Positions 7,215 through 18,158 are shown, counted from the first letter of the stretch. The stretch is 64,000 nt of DNA from Minisyncoccota bacterium (GCA_035403785.1 DAONFW010000002.1:12676-76675), one strand, 5' to 3'. Notes: generated by a model not told the origin, from the sequence alone. Translations and numbers: made by a program.

Positions 7215-8716
7215 TATTTTTTAACAATAGAAAATGATTCTATTACATCTCCCGGTGCGATTTCTATCTTTGATTCGAGCATCATTCCGAATTCAGCCCC
7301 TTCTTCAACCTCAGAAGTTTTTGATTTATTTTTTTCCAGATTTACGATTTTTCCTTTGCCAATTTCATTTTCACGACGTATTATTTTTACCGTGCTATTT
7401 AGCGCGATTCTGCCTTCTATCACTTTTCCTCCAAGAACCTGTTTTTCCTTTGTTTTACTGAAAGCTTTTAAAATTTTCGCTTTTCCTGTAATTTCTACTG
7501 TTTCTATTTTTGGTCTGCGGTTTTCCATTTCTTCTTCTAACCATTCAGTCATTTTGTAAATAATTTGGAAGAAAGAAATAGTAATACCTCTTGTTTCAGC
7601 TAGCTCAGTTGCATTTCTGTCAGCTTTTACATTAAAGCCTATTACAATGGCATTTTCACAAGAAGCAACAGACTTTATATCTGATTCTGAAATAGGCCCC
7701 ACTCCTTTTTGTACTATTCTGAATTCAGCGCTTTCGCTTGTTATTTTATTAATTTCTTTTTCGATTGCCTCTATTGAACCAAGCACATCAGCTTTTAAAA
7801 CTATTGGTATAATTTTTTTGTCAGAATTTTCAGCAACATTTTTATCGCAAATTATATTTGCTTTGAAATTTTCCGCATATTCTTCTGCGTCTCTCTTTTT
7901 TTCAAAAGACTTAAATTCTGCACCAACATTTGGCATTTTACTAAAACCAGTTAGCCTGATAGGGGAAGAGAAAGTCGCTTCGTTTATAGGTTTACCAAGA
8001 AAATTTTCCATTATACGAGTGGCACAAACTGAGTCTTCTACAACCACCGTCATGCCTTTTTTAAGAGTTCCATTTTTTATAACCAAAGAAGCTTGAATTC
8101 CTCTTTTTGGATCAAGGTTTGTTTCTATTACAGAACCAGAAGCTGTTTCGTTTGGATTACCAGTGAAATTTTCCATTTCAGCAAGAATAAGAATCAAAGA
8201 AAGTAAATTTTCAACGCCAGTTCCTTGTTTGGCTGATATTTCAGCAAATGGAATTTTTCCTCCAAAATTTTCTAGGTAAATTTCATTTTCAGCTAATTCG
8301 ATTTTTGTTTTTTCAACATTAGCGCCCGGTTTGTCTATTTTATTAATAGCGACGATGCATGGAGTTTTGCTTGCTTCGATGGTTTTCCAAGCTTCAATTG
8401 TCTGTGGTTTAACGCCGTCTTCTGCTGAAACTATTAAAATAGCGATATCTGCGACATTCGCACCACGTTCTCGCATTTTGGAAAAAGCGGCATGCCCTGG
8501 AGTATCTAAAAAAGTTATTCTTTTTTCTTCTCCTTTTTCATCTTTGTGGACAACCTCATACGCAGAAATACGTTGGGTTATTCCTCCAGCTTCTTGTTCA
8601 ACGACATTTGTTTTTCGAATATAATCGAGCAAAGTGGACTTACCATGGTCAATGTGTCCCATCACTACAACTATTGGCGGTCGTTCTGTATTCTGTTGTT
8701 TTTTCTTCTTGTCCAT
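7214..8716 (-). CDS. infB: Translation initiation factor IF-2 (minimal form lacking the N-terminal region)
   Basis: 500 aa. The G domain starts at residue ~14 (VVVMGHIDHGKSTLLD, DTPGH, NKID), followed by the IF-2 beta-barrel and C-terminal domains. Confidence 0.9.
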   Translation of the reverse strand: MDKKKKQQNTERPPIVVVMGHIDHGKSTLLDYIRKTNVVEQEAGGITQRISAYEVVHKDEKGEEKRITFLDTPGHAAFSKMRERGANVADIAILIVSAEDGVKPQTIEAWKTIEASKTPCIVAINKIDKPGANVEKTKIELAENEIYLENFGGKIPFAEISAKQGTGVENLLSLILILAEMENFTGNPNETASGSVIETNLDPKRGIQASLVIKNGTLKKGMTVVVEDSVCATRIMENFLGKPINEATFSSPIRLTGFSKMPNVGAEFKSFEKKRDAEEYAENFKANIICDKNVAENSDKKIIPIVLKADVLGSIEAIEKEINKITSESAEFRIVQKGVGPISESDIKSVASCENAIVIGFNVKADRNATELAETRGITISFFQIIYKMTEWLEEEMENRRPKIETVEITGKAKILKAFSKTKEKQVLGGKVIEGRIALNSTVKIIRRENEIGKGKIVNLEKNKSKTSEVEEGAEFGMMLESKIEIAPGDVIESFSIVKK

Positions 8717-8740
8717 CTTTTTAAAAAATTAAAAACTTTT

Positions 8741-9199
8741 TTATTTTACTTCTGCTTTATTTAGAGCCTCTTTTTCTTCTTCAGATAATTCATATTCTGA
8801 TTTTCCGTTTTTGATTGGTTTAGCAAAAATACTCATTCTTTCTCTAGAATATAAACTAGAAATTACGACGCCGTCTTTTTCTTCGTTTAGAATCCCAATA
8901 GCAAAACTTTGGTTACTGCCTTGGTCTGGAAAAGGATTAAATCTTATTGTTTCAACTCCACGAATGCTTTTCTTTAATTTTTTATTAACAACTACTAATT
9001 CTTTTTCAGCTGCCTCTTTTGCTATTTTTAATACAGCTATATCTTTCTCTAAAATGTTAATAGTATCTTCTAAATCTTTAGCTTTTTTACCCATGAAGAA
9101 TTTTTTTAGACGTCTTTCTGTTTTGACAATCCAAAACAATTCCACTAAAATGGCAATTCCAGCAAAAACAAAAAAAGCGATTTGGAGCTTTATATTCAT
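8741..9199 (-). CDS. Hypothetical membrane protein with coiled-coil segment
   Basis: 152 aa. N-terminal TM (IAFFVFAGIAILVELFWIV), then a Lys/Glu-rich helical region. Confidence 0.4.
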   Translation of the reverse strand: MNIKLQIAFFVFAGIAILVELFWIVKTERRLKKFFMGKKAKDLEDTINILEKDIAVLKIAKEAAEKELVVVNKKLKKSIRGVETIRFNPFPDQGSNQSFAIGILNEEKDGVVISSLYSRERMSIFAKPIKNGKSEYELSEEEKEALNKAEVK

Positions 9200-9223
9200 A
9201 CTGATTCAATATATACTATTTTT

Positions 9224-10423
9224 ATGGAAAAATCAAAGAAAATTTATCTAGATAATGCTTCTGCCACACCAATAGACAATCGGGTTCTTTCTGTTATGAC
9301 AAAAATAAGCAAAGAAATTTTTGCCAACGCTAGCGCGATTCACGATTTGGGCATAACTGCAAAGAATAAATTAGAACAAGCAAGAAAAGAAATCGCTACT
9401 ATTTTAAATGCGCATACTGATGAAATAATTTTTACCTCAGGTTCTACTGAATCAAATAATTTGGCAATCAGAGGAATTTTAGAAATTTTGAAAAATAGCA
9501 CAGTAGAAAAAGATTTTATTCCTCATATTATTACAACAAACATAGAGCACGCTTCTGTTTTGGAAGTTTGCAAATATTTAGAAAAAAACAAAAAAGCTGA
9601 ACTTACTTATGTGCCAGTTGAATCAAATGGAATTATAGAGCCAAAGAAAATGAGGAAAGCCTTGAGATCTAACACGGTTTTGGTTTCTGTAATGTATGCA
9701 AACAATGAAATAGGCACTGTTCAGCCAATCCAAGAAATAGCAAAAGAAATCAGATATTTTAACAAAGTAAATAATAAAAAAGTTTTACTTCATACAGATG
9801 CAACGCAGGCTGTAAATTATTTGTTACTTAATGTTGAAAAATTAGGGGTAGACTTAATGTCTTTTAATTCTGGAAAAATTTATGGACCAAAAGGTGTTGG
9901 AGTTTTGTTTATAAAAAGAAGAACAGAAATTGGCCCAATTCTTTTTGGAGGAGAGCAGGAATTTAATTTTCGACCGGGGACTGAAAATTTAGTAAACATA
10001 GTTGGTTTGGCAGAAGCATTAAAAATCACAGAAAAAATAAAAGAGAAAGAAATTAGAAGACTAATTAGTTTGAGAGATTATTTTATTGGAAAACTTTTAG
10101 AATTAAGTGCTGATTTAAAAATAAATATAAACATAAATGGTGATTTGAAAAATAGACTGGCTAATAACGTAAATATAACTATTCCAAAAATTCCAAGCGA
10201 ACTTTTGGTGTTAGAATTATCAGCTAGGGGAATTTATGTTTCAGAAAAAAGTGCTTGTAAATCTGGTGACAAAAAGAGTTCGCACGTTATTCGGGCTATT
10301 ACAGGAAAAAATATTGGTAGTGTCAGATTTTCTTTAGGCAGACAGACAAAAAAAGAGGACTTAGATTATGCAATTAAAGCTTTAAGTCAAATTTTGAAAA
10401 AACTAGAAAAATGGTATTATTAG
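9224..10423 (+). CDS. Cysteine desulfurase (class V aminotransferase, IscS/NifS family)
   Basis: The ORF opens at 9182, but the likely start is Met15 (MEKSKKIYLDNASATP). Typical NifS N-terminus, with the PLP-lysine region later (SFNSGKIYGPKGVG). Confidence 0.8.
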   Translation: MEKSKKIYLDNASATPIDNRVLSVMTKISKEIFANASAIHDLGITAKNKLEQARKEIATILNAHTDEIIFTSGSTESNNLAIRGILEILKNSTVEKDFIPHIITTNIEHASVLEVCKYLEKNKKAELTYVPVESNGIIEPKKMRKALRSNTVLVSVMYANNEIGTVQPIQEIAKEIRYFNKVNNKKVLLHTDATQAVNYLLLNVEKLGVDLMSFNSGKIYGPKGVGVLFIKRRTEIGPILFGGEQEFNFRPGTENLVNIVGLAEALKITEKIKEKEIRRLISLRDYFIGKLLELSADLKINININGDLKNRLANNVNITIPKIPSELLVLELSARGIYVSEKSACKSGDKKSSHVIRAITGKNIGSVRFSLGRQTKKEDLDYAIKALSQILKKLEKWYY

Positions 10424-10426
10424 GGC

Positions 10427-11053
10427 ATGGATATTAAAGAACTAAACAAAGCGCAGTTAGTAATGCTTTTGGTTTTACTTAGTTTCGTGGTTTCGATCGC
10501 GACGAGTATTATCACTGTGTCATTAATGCAAGAAGCCCCGTCTGTTTCTTTGCCGATTAATAAAATAGTAAAAGAAACGGTTGAAAAAATAGTTCCGGCT
10601 GATGTCCAAGAAGAGCCGACTTTATCATCTGAACAACAAAAATTACTTGAAGAACTGAAAGCGATAAAACCACTAACTGTTTCTGTTTACCTAAAAGGAA
10701 TCACAGAAGATAAAATATTGGGAACAGGTTTGTTTTTGGGAAATAATAAAGTAGTTGTTGCTTCACTGATTGCTGCGCCGAAAGAAGGAGAAAGTTATGT
10801 AGTAAAAAGTGTTCTAGGCGAACAAAAAGTTTCAAAAGTGACTCAAGAAAAAGATTTTACTATTATTGAAATAAATCAAGCGGAAAATACTGTAAATACT
10901 TCAAATGATAATAGTACAAATACAACAAATACAGGCACAGATACGAATACGAATCCTAATACAACAAATACAAACACAAACACAAACACAAACACGAACT
11001 CCACGACTTCGTCAGGAATAAACTTATCTACTACGAGTCCTGCGATACAATAA
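10427..11053 (+). CDS. Hypothetical membrane-anchored protein with Thr/Asn-rich C-terminal tail
   Basis: 208 aa. N-terminal TM, then a C-terminal NTSNDNSTNTTNTGTDTNTNPNTTNTNTNTNTNTN encoded by short tandem nucleotide repeats. Confidence 0.4.
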   Translation: MDIKELNKAQLVMLLVLLSFVVSIATSIITVSLMQEAPSVSLPINKIVKETVEKIVPADVQEEPTLSSEQQKLLEELKAIKPLTVSVYLKGITEDKILGTGLFLGNNKVVVASLIAAPKEGESYVVKSVLGEQKVSKVTQEKDFTIIEINQAENTVNTSNDNSTNTTNTGTDTNTNPNTTNTNTNTNTNTNSTTSSGINLSTTSPAIQ

Positions 11054-11092
11054 AAAATAAAAAAATAAAAATTAATTTTTAAATAAAAAAAT

Positions 11093-13792
11093 ATGCCACC
11101 ATTAAATAAATTCACAACCAAAGCAAAAGAGGCGATAAAAAAAGCGCATGAGTTAGCAATAGAGCGGGGACAAGACCACGTTTCCTCGATGCATCTTCTC
11201 GTTGCTCTTTTGGTGCAAGAAGAAAGTATGGTCAATTCTATTTTGGATAGACTAGAAGTAGACACAATGCTTTTAGCTGATTCTTCTCTTGAAGCAATCG
11301 AGTTGCCAGAATCAAAAAGTACACTTTCGCCTGCATATCAGATTTATTTAACAGCAGATTTGGCACAGGTTATTGAACATTCTGTAAAAGTAGCGGAATT
11401 TTTGAAAGATAATTTTGTATCAACAGAGCATTTATTTATTTCAATGCTTGAAGTGCAAGGTGAAGCAAAAGAACTTTTGGCTAGATTCAAAATTAATAAA
11501 GAATTAGTTTTGAAAATTTTAGAACAACTTCGCAGTCAGGATATTACAGGAAATGAAGAACCAAAAAAGTTCAGATTACTTTTGAAATATACTAGAAATC
11601 TAACCAAACTTGCGAAAGAAGATAAATTAGACCCAGTTATTGGTCGTGATAGTGAAATAATGCGCATAATGCAGATTCTTTCACGACGTACTAAAAATAA
11701 TCCGATTTTGATTGGAGAAGCGGGAACAGGAAAGACTGCAGTTGTTGAAGGTTTGGCTCAAAGAATAGCAAAAGGAGATGTTCCAGAATCTTTGAAAGAA
11801 AAAGAAATTGTTTCTCTTGATTTAGGATTGCTTATTGCTGGAACAAAATACAGAGGAGAATTTGAAGAAAGACTAAAAGGCATTATGAAAGAAATCGAAA
11901 GAGCAGAAGGAAAAATTATTTTATTCATAGATGAAATTCATACTATAGTTGGTGCTGGTGGCGGAGAAGGAACACTCGATGCTTCTAACATGCTAAAACC
12001 AACTTTGGCTCGAGGAGAATTAAGAGCAGTCGGTGCGACAACTTTGAAAGAATATCAGAAATATATAGAAAAAGATCCAGCGTTGGCTAGAAGATTTCAA
12101 CCTGTTTATATCGACGAGCCTTCTGTGGAAGATGCGATTGCAATTTTGCGTGGACTAAAAGAAAAATATGAATTATTCCATGGTGTGAGAATTACAGATG
12201 ATGCTATTGTTTCTGCTGTTAACTTATCTTCGAGATATATCACAAATAGATTTTTGCCAGATAAGGCTGTAGATTTGATAGATGAAGCTTCTTCTTCTTT
12301 AAAAATTTCTTTGGAAAATAAACCGCCAGTTCTAGAAGATGCACACAGAAAGATAATGAGATTAGAGATAGAAAAAGAAGCGCTCAAAAAAGAAATTTCT
12401 TCTTCAGGTTTAAGCGGAGAAAAAGAAAGCGGAAAACACGCTAAAGCTAGAATAAAAGAAATTGAAAAAGAAATTGCTAATTTAAATGAAAAGACGAAAG
12501 AACTTGAATTGAAATGGCAAAACGAAAAAAGTGTTGTTACTGAAATTGGTAAAATTAAAAAAGAATTAGAGGCTCTAAGATTAGAAGCTGAAAGCGCGGA
12601 AATGAAAGCTGATTTATCAAAAGCAGCGGAGATTCGCTATGGAAAAATTCCTACTCTTAAAAAAGATTTAGATACAAAACTTGCAAAATTGAAAAAATTG
12701 CAGAAGTCTAGAAGAATTCTAAAAGAAGAAATTACAGCAGAAGATATTGCAGAAGTTGTAGCACGCTGGACTGGAATTCCATTACGCAAAATGCTTGAAG
12801 AAGAACGCGCAAAATTAGAAAGAATGGAAGAAGAATTAAACAAAAGAGTAATTGGTCAAGATGATGCTATTCACAGAATAGCAGATGTGATTAGAAGATC
12901 TCGTGCTGGAATTTCTGATCCGAACAGGCCGATAGGTTCTTTTATTTTCTTGGGACCGACTGGAGTTGGAAAAACTGAACTTACAAAAGCTTTGAGCCAG
13001 TTTATGTTCAATGATGATAGAGCGTTAATTCGTGTTGATATGTCTGAATATATGGAAAAGCATTCTGTTTCGAAATTAATTGGTTCACCACCGGGTTATG
13101 TTGGTTATGATGAAGCAGGACAACTTACTGAAGCTATCAGGCACAGACCGTATGCTGTAGTTTTGTTTGATGAAATAGAAAAAGCGCATCCAGAAGTTTT
13201 TAACATGCTTTTGCAAGTAATAGATGAAGGAAGACTGACAGACGGAAAAGGTAGAATAGTAAATTTCAAAAATGCGATAATTATTTTGACTTCAAATATT
13301 GGCTCGCAGTTTGTTGAAAAAATGGAATCAATTGGATTTACAAATAGTTCAAGTAAAGAAGATTACAGTAATATGAAAGGAAAAGTATTGGAAGCTCTGA
13401 AAGAAAATTTCCGCCCAGAATTTATAAACAGAATAGATGAGACTATCGTGTTTGATGTTCTTTCTGAAGATGCTATTAGAAAAATAGTTGATCTAAGAAT
13501 TCAGGTTGTGCGAGACAGATTACTATCAAAAAATATTGGTTTTCAAATTTCTGAAGATGCTTTGAATTATTTGGCAAAAGAAGGATATAATCCACACTAT
13601 GGCGCACGGCCATTAAACAGACTGATTCAAAATAAAATTTTAAATCCAGTTGCTTCTTATATTATTTCTAATGATGTTAAGAAAAATGATGTAGTCTTTG
13701 TTTCTGTAAAAAATAATGAGCTTCTTATTGAAACTAAAAGAGGGAAAGTGAAAAGTAATGTTTCAGTAAAATTAAGAAGTTCTATTAAATAA
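11093..13792 (+). CDS. clpB: ATP-dependent chaperone ClpB (two AAA+ modules plus middle coiled-coil)
   Basis: 899 aa. N-domain, Walker A GEAGTGKT, long coiled-coil M-domain, second Walker A GPTGVGKT and sensor regions. The length matches ClpB rather than ClpA/C. Confidence 0.9.
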   Translation: MPPLNKFTTKAKEAIKKAHELAIERGQDHVSSMHLLVALLVQEESMVNSILDRLEVDTMLLADSSLEAIELPESKSTLSPAYQIYLTADLAQVIEHSVKVAEFLKDNFVSTEHLFISMLEVQGEAKELLARFKINKELVLKILEQLRSQDITGNEEPKKFRLLLKYTRNLTKLAKEDKLDPVIGRDSEIMRIMQILSRRTKNNPILIGEAGTGKTAVVEGLAQRIAKGDVPESLKEKEIVSLDLGLLIAGTKYRGEFEERLKGIMKEIERAEGKIILFIDEIHTIVGAGGGEGTLDASNMLKPTLARGELRAVGATTLKEYQKYIEKDPALARRFQPVYIDEPSVEDAIAILRGLKEKYELFHGVRITDDAIVSAVNLSSRYITNRFLPDKAVDLIDEASSSLKISLENKPPVLEDAHRKIMRLEIEKEALKKEISSSGLSGEKESGKHAKARIKEIEKEIANLNEKTKELELKWQNEKSVVTEIGKIKKELEALRLEAESAEMKADLSKAAEIRYGKIPTLKKDLDTKLAKLKKLQKSRRILKEEITAEDIAEVVARWTGIPLRKMLEEERAKLERMEEELNKRVIGQDDAIHRIADVIRRSRAGISDPNRPIGSFIFLGPTGVGKTELTKALSQFMFNDDRALIRVDMSEYMEKHSVSKLIGSPPGYVGYDEAGQLTEAIRHRPYAVVLFDEIEKAHPEVFNMLLQVIDEGRLTDGKGRIVNFKNAIIILTSNIGSQFVEKMESIGFTNSSSKEDYSNMKGKVLEALKENFRPEFINRIDETIVFDVLSEDAIRKIVDLRIQVVRDRLLSKNIGFQISEDALNYLAKEGYNPHYGARPLNRLIQNKILNPVASYIISNDVKKNDVVFVSVKNNELLIETKRGKVKSNVSVKLRSSIK

Positions 13793-13840
13793 AGCTCTCA
13801 AAAGATGCAAAAAATATAATTTTATGTTATTTTAGAGCTA

Positions 13841-13925
13841 TGCGTCGGTGGCGGAGTGGTCAATCGCAACTGACTGTAAATCAGTCGCCCTTCGGGCTAC
13901 GTAGGTTCGAATCCTACCCGGCGCA
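13841..13925 (+). tRNA. tRNA-Tyr(GTA)
   Basis: GCGTCGGTGGCGGAGTGGTCAATCGCAACTGACTGTAAATCAGT...GTAGGTTCGAATCCTACCCGGCGCA. Anticodon GTA, long variable arm. Confidence 0.85.
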
Positions 13926-14013
13926 CAATTTTAATCTTATTTTTAGCTTTTTAAAAAACTTCTTTTTGCATATGTGATATAATATATGTATTAGTAATTT
14001 TTAAGATAATTAT

Positions 14014-15690
14014 ATGAAAAAATATTTTAGCTCCTTAGGTTTTTTTCCTTTCTTTTTTGCTTTATTTTTATTTCCTTCAATTATTTTTGCACAAATAACA
14101 GAACCTGCTCAGGTTACTGGTCTTTTAGCTAGCGTTAGTGAATATAAACAAATTGATTTATCTTGGGTAGCACCAGATGATGGTGGTTCGCCAATTATTG
14201 GTTATCAAATTGAAAGAGAATCTCCAATTGGAAGTGGTTTTTCTGTTGTTATGCCAAATACAGGGGGTCCTGGAACTACTTATAGTGATACTGAACTTAA
14301 TCAAAATACAGAATATAATTATCGTGTTTCTGCTATTAACACTATCGGAACTGGTATTGCTTCAAACGAAGCAAGTGCTATTACAGAAAATGTTCTTAGT
14401 TATTTTGCAGGTGGTTCTGGTATTTCAGAAGATCCTTTTTTAATAACAACTTGTCAACAATTACAAAATGTTAATCATTTTGGAGGTCAGAGTAATCATT
14501 ATTATTTTAAAGTAATGAACGATATTAATTGTTCAGATACTGTAAATTGGAACAGCGGAGCAGGTTTTATTCCAATTGGACCATGGTTCGGTGGTTCTGT
14601 TGATGGAAATAAGAAAACAGTTTCTAATTTATTTATTAATAATTTTAATGAATCTGGAGGTACTGGACTGTTTGGATCTATAGATAGCGCAATTGTTTCA
14701 GAAATTGGTTTAGTAAATGTAGATATTACTGGATCATCAGGTGATGTTGGAGGGTTAGTTGGATATAGTATTCAAAGTCATTTAGAAAATAATTATGTAC
14801 AAGGTAACATTACTGGTGGAAGTAATGTTGGAGGGTTAGTTGGTAAAGTTTCTTCCCTTGGTCCAAAAACTATAGTTAATTCATATACCGATACGGTTGT
14901 TGTGGGGCAAGAGAATGTTGGAGGATTAGCAGGATATCTTGAAGAAGATAATATTTATAATTCATACGCTGTTGGAACAACTACTTCTACAATAAGTGGT
15001 AATGTTGGAGGGTTGGTTGGATATTGTAAAGGTGGTTATTCGAATTTAATTCATAATTCTGGTTGGTATAAAGGAAATAAAACAATTTCTGGAATTGGAT
15101 ATGATTCTGGCACAGATAATTTTGCTGAGGTAACTTATCCTGAAACAAATAAAAATGTTTTTTATGATAAAAATCATGCTATTTATACAGTAGGTGATTT
15201 ATATAAATGGTCGTTTGATGGTAATCCTTGGTATGAATATACTAATAGTTATCCAAAGTTTACAGAACAAGAAATAATTCCTGTAATTCTTCGTCACACA
15301 ACCACTGGCTCTTATCCAACAGGAAAAAATCCATTTATAACTTCTTCATCTTCTATCCCACCCACCGACTGTTTAGCAGGATATCTATTTAGTCCAAGTA
15401 CAGGTAAAGCATGTGGAACAACATCTGCTCCAACTACACCTAAATTCACATTCACAAAGAACTTAAAATACCTACAGATAGACAATGAAGTAAAAGAACT
15501 TCAAAAGTTCTTAAACACTCATGGCTATCAAGTATCTACTACAGGAGCAGGTTCACTAGATAATGAGACAAATTATTTTGGACCAAAAACTAAACAAACT
15601 GTAATTAAGTTTCAATTCGCTAATAATTTGACAGGAGATGGATTAGTTGGACCAATAACTAGGGGAGTATTGAATTCTTTGGTAAAATAA
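14014..15690 (+). CDS. Secreted protein: fibronectin type III domain + GLUG-motif repeats + C-terminal peptidoglycan-binding domain
   Basis: 558 aa. Signal peptide; FN3-like segment (DLSWVAPDDGGSPIIGYQIERE...YRVSAINTIGTG); at least five NVGGL(V/A)GY/K repeats (GLUG-like); C-terminal PG_binding_1-like segment (ELQKFLNTHGYQ...GPKTKQTVIKFQFANNLTGDGLVGPIT). Confidence 0.6.
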   Translation: MKKYFSSLGFFPFFFALFLFPSIIFAQITEPAQVTGLLASVSEYKQIDLSWVAPDDGGSPIIGYQIERESPIGSGFSVVMPNTGGPGTTYSDTELNQNTEYNYRVSAINTIGTGIASNEASAITENVLSYFAGGSGISEDPFLITTCQQLQNVNHFGGQSNHYYFKVMNDINCSDTVNWNSGAGFIPIGPWFGGSVDGNKKTVSNLFINNFNESGGTGLFGSIDSAIVSEIGLVNVDITGSSGDVGGLVGYSIQSHLENNYVQGNITGGSNVGGLVGKVSSLGPKTIVNSYTDTVVVGQENVGGLAGYLEEDNIYNSYAVGTTTSTISGNVGGLVGYCKGGYSNLIHNSGWYKGNKTISGIGYDSGTDNFAEVTYPETNKNVFYDKNHAIYTVGDLYKWSFDGNPWYEYTNSYPKFTEQEIIPVILRHTTTGSYPTGKNPFITSSSSIPPTDCLAGYLFSPSTGKACGTTSAPTTPKFTFTKNLKYLQIDNEVKELQKFLNTHGYQVSTTGAGSLDNETNYFGPKTKQTVIKFQFANNLTGDGLVGPITRGVLNSLVK

Positions 15691-15930
15691 AATTTAATCT
15701 TTATCCTATAAATACTATTAAGTTAAGTTTGGGATACAAACAATAGTGTCTAAAGCTGCTGGGTAAACATTACTGAATTTGGCACACAAAACTCTCTTGT
15801 AATTAATTAATTTAGTTTGAACATTCTCTAAAACGGCGCACAAAATTAAAACCCGCATATTTAATGCGTGCTCTACACTAAATTATTAAGAAGCATGATT
15901 TTTAACTTTATTTATGCTAATATTTTCAAC

Positions 15931-16926
15931 ATGTCATTAAGTATAGGAATAGTAGGTTTGCCAAACGTAGGAAAAAGCACGTTGTTTAACGCGCTTACAA
16001 AAAAAGGCGTTCCAGCGGAAAATTATCCATTTTGTACGATTGATCCATCTGTCGGAATAGTGCCAGTGCCAGACGAGAGGGTAGAATTGCTTTCTAATTT
16101 TTCTAAATCAAAAAAAACTATTCCAGCAGTTATTGAATTCGTTGATATTGCTGGTTTGGTTGCAGGTGCGTCAAAAGGTGAAGGTTTGGGAAATAAATTT
16201 CTTTCTAATATTCGCGAAGTAGATGCTATTGCTCATGTTGTGAGAACTTTCGAAGACAATTCTGTAATTCATGTTGCAAATAAAGTTGATCCGTCTAATG
16301 ATATTGGCGTGATAAATCTAGAATTAGTTTTGGCTGACATGGAAAGTGTTACAAAAAGAATTGCTAATCTCACAAAAGATGTAAAAAGAGGCGACAAAGA
16401 AGCAGTTGCTGAAAATAATATTTTAGAAAAATTAGTAAAAATTTTAGAAGCTGGAAGATTGGCAATAGAAGCAAATTTGAGTGAAGAAGAAAAATTTAAA
16501 ATAAAATCTTTAAACTTACTCACACTCAAGCCTATGTTGTATGTCTTGAATGTTTCAGAAGCGAATGAAAATGTCGAAATAAATTTGCCGACCGGAAGTA
16601 TTTCTGTGAAAGTTGATCCAGTTTTTGAAAAAGGTTTTGATGATTTAATTAAAAAAAGTTATGAGCTTTTGGGTTTGGAAACTTTTTTGACTACGGGGGA
16701 AGACGAAACTCGCGCTTGGACTATCAAGAAAAATTCTACTGCGCCGATTGCCGGCACAGCTATTCACACTGATTTTCGAGATAAATTCATTCGCGCTGAT
16801 GTGATTAATTGGAAAGATTTACTAGATGCTGGAAGCTATGCAAATGCCCGCGCAAAAGGTTTGGTCAGAACAGAAGGGAAAGAATATGTTGTGAAAGATG
16901 GGGATGTGATTGAGTTTAAAATCTAA
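15931..16926 (+). CDS. ychF: Ribosome-binding ATPase YchF (Obg-family GTPase)
   Basis: The ORF opens at 15868, but the likely start is MSLSIGIVGLPNVGKSTLFNALT. G-motifs are present, and the TGS-like C-terminus (EYVVKDGDVIEFK). Confidence 0.85.
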   Translation: MSLSIGIVGLPNVGKSTLFNALTKKGVPAENYPFCTIDPSVGIVPVPDERVELLSNFSKSKKTIPAVIEFVDIAGLVAGASKGEGLGNKFLSNIREVDAIAHVVRTFEDNSVIHVANKVDPSNDIGVINLELVLADMESVTKRIANLTKDVKRGDKEAVAENNILEKLVKILEAGRLAIEANLSEEEKFKIKSLNLLTLKPMLYVLNVSEANENVEINLPTGSISVKVDPVFEKGFDDLIKKSYELLGLETFLTTGEDETRAWTIKKNSTAPIAGTAIHTDFRDKFIRADVINWKDLLDAGSYANARAKGLVRTEGKEYVVKDGDVIEFKI

Positions 16927-17653
16927 TGAAAATATGCACAAAAAGTCCGTTTTAATAATTGCGCACAATGAGGAAAAATACATTTCAAAATGCGTTGAGT
17001 CTGTTTTAAGCCAAACTCAAAAAGCAGATGAGATTGTTTTGCTAATACATAATTCTTCTGATGATACTTTAAATTTGGCGAAAAAATATCAAGATATAAT
17101 TAAGATTATTGAATACAAAGGACCAGAAGGAATAGTTTACGCAAGAGTAGAAGGATTGAAAAATGTGACAGGTGATATTGTTTTGTGTATAGACGGTGAT
17201 TCTTATGCAAAGAAAAATTGGATTGAAGTTATGACTAAATTATTAGAGCAGAATAATATTTTAGTTGCTTCTTGGGTAAAAATAAAAGGTGCTAATTTTA
17301 ATTTTTTTCATAATCTTTTAAATAAATATTTATGCGTTTGGAATTTTAGAAGAAAAGCACGTTGGGTTTGGGGACCAAGTTTTGCTTTTTGGGGAAGAGA
17401 TAAAAATAAAGTTTCAGAAATTTTTATAAAAAGTATTGAATTAAGTAAACATTTAAATTTAACTAGAAACCCAGAAGATTTGTGGCTCGCTCTGTTTTTA
17501 GAACAAGATGGTAAAATAGAAATTACAAACAAAACCTTTGTTGTTGCAAATCAAAAAGAAAAAGGAAGCAGAGAAGCTTTTTCGAGAAATTTAGAAAATG
17601 TGCGAAATGGAAAAATTATTGAAAGATATTGGAAAGAAAATTATGGAAAATAA
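16910..17653 (+). CDS. Family-2 glycosyltransferase
   Basis: 247 aa. N-terminal GT-A motif (SVLIIAHNEEKYISKCVESVLSQT) and a DGD triad (CIDGDS). Confidence 0.65.
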   Translation: MSLKSNENMHKKSVLIIAHNEEKYISKCVESVLSQTQKADEIVLLIHNSSDDTLNLAKKYQDIIKIIEYKGPEGIVYARVEGLKNVTGDIVLCIDGDSYAKKNWIEVMTKLLEQNNILVASWVKIKGANFNFFHNLLNKYLCVWNFRRKARWVWGPSFAFWGRDKNKVSEIFIKSIELSKHLNLTRNPEDLWLALFLEQDGKIEITNKTFVVANQKEKGSREAFSRNLENVRNGKIIERYWKENYGK

Positions 17654-18158
17654 AGAAATTCTAAAAATCCTAAAATCCGACGGAATTGGCGTAATGCCGA
17701 CTGATACTTTGTATGGCTTGGTTGGAAGTGCTTTTTCCAAGAAAGCTATAAATAGAATTTACAAAGTAAAAAATAGAAATAAAAGCAAAAAGTTGATTGT
17801 TTTGATTTCTAATTTGAAAGATTTGGAAAAATTTAATATAAAAATAACTAAAGAGCAGAAAGAAGTTTTGCATAAATTCTGGCCCGGAAAAGTGAGTTTT
17901 GTTTTGAATAATATTGCTTTCAGATTGCCGAATAAGCAAAAGCTTATAGAAATTTTGAAAAAGACCGGGCCACTTGTTGCGCCATCCGCTAATCCAGAAG
18001 GTTTGAAACCAGCTAAGAATATTACAGAAGCCAAAAAATATTTTGGAGATTTAGTGGATTTTTATATTGCTGGAGGAAATTTAGAATCAGAGCCGTCTAC
18101 TTTATTAAAAGTAAACAAAAAGGGAGAAATAGAAATTCTTCGTGGTAAAATAAAATAA
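17643..18158 (+). CDS. tsaC: L-threonylcarbamoyladenylate synthase (YrdC/TsaC family)
   Basis: YrdC-fold signature (GIGVMPTDTLYGLVGSA ... PSANPEG). The ORF opens at 17598; the likely start is MENKEILK. Confidence 0.65.
   Translation: MENKEILKILKSDGIGVMPTDTLYGLVGSAFSKKAINRIYKVKNRNKSKKLIVLISNLKDLEKFNIKITKEQKEVLHKFWPGKVSFVLNNIAFRLPNKQKLIEILKKTGPLVAPSANPEGLKPAKNITEAKKYFGDLVDFYIAGGNLESEPSTLLKVNKKGEIEILRGKIK

Noticed and set aside
7234-8764. Five plus-strand ORFs (67-149 aa) inside infB
   Set aside because: All are antisense to the well-supported infB reading frame and have no start context or recognisable motifs.
11093-13792. Antisense ORFs 12106-12387 and 12637-12843 within clpB
   Set aside because: Antisense to a high-confidence gene, with no supporting features.
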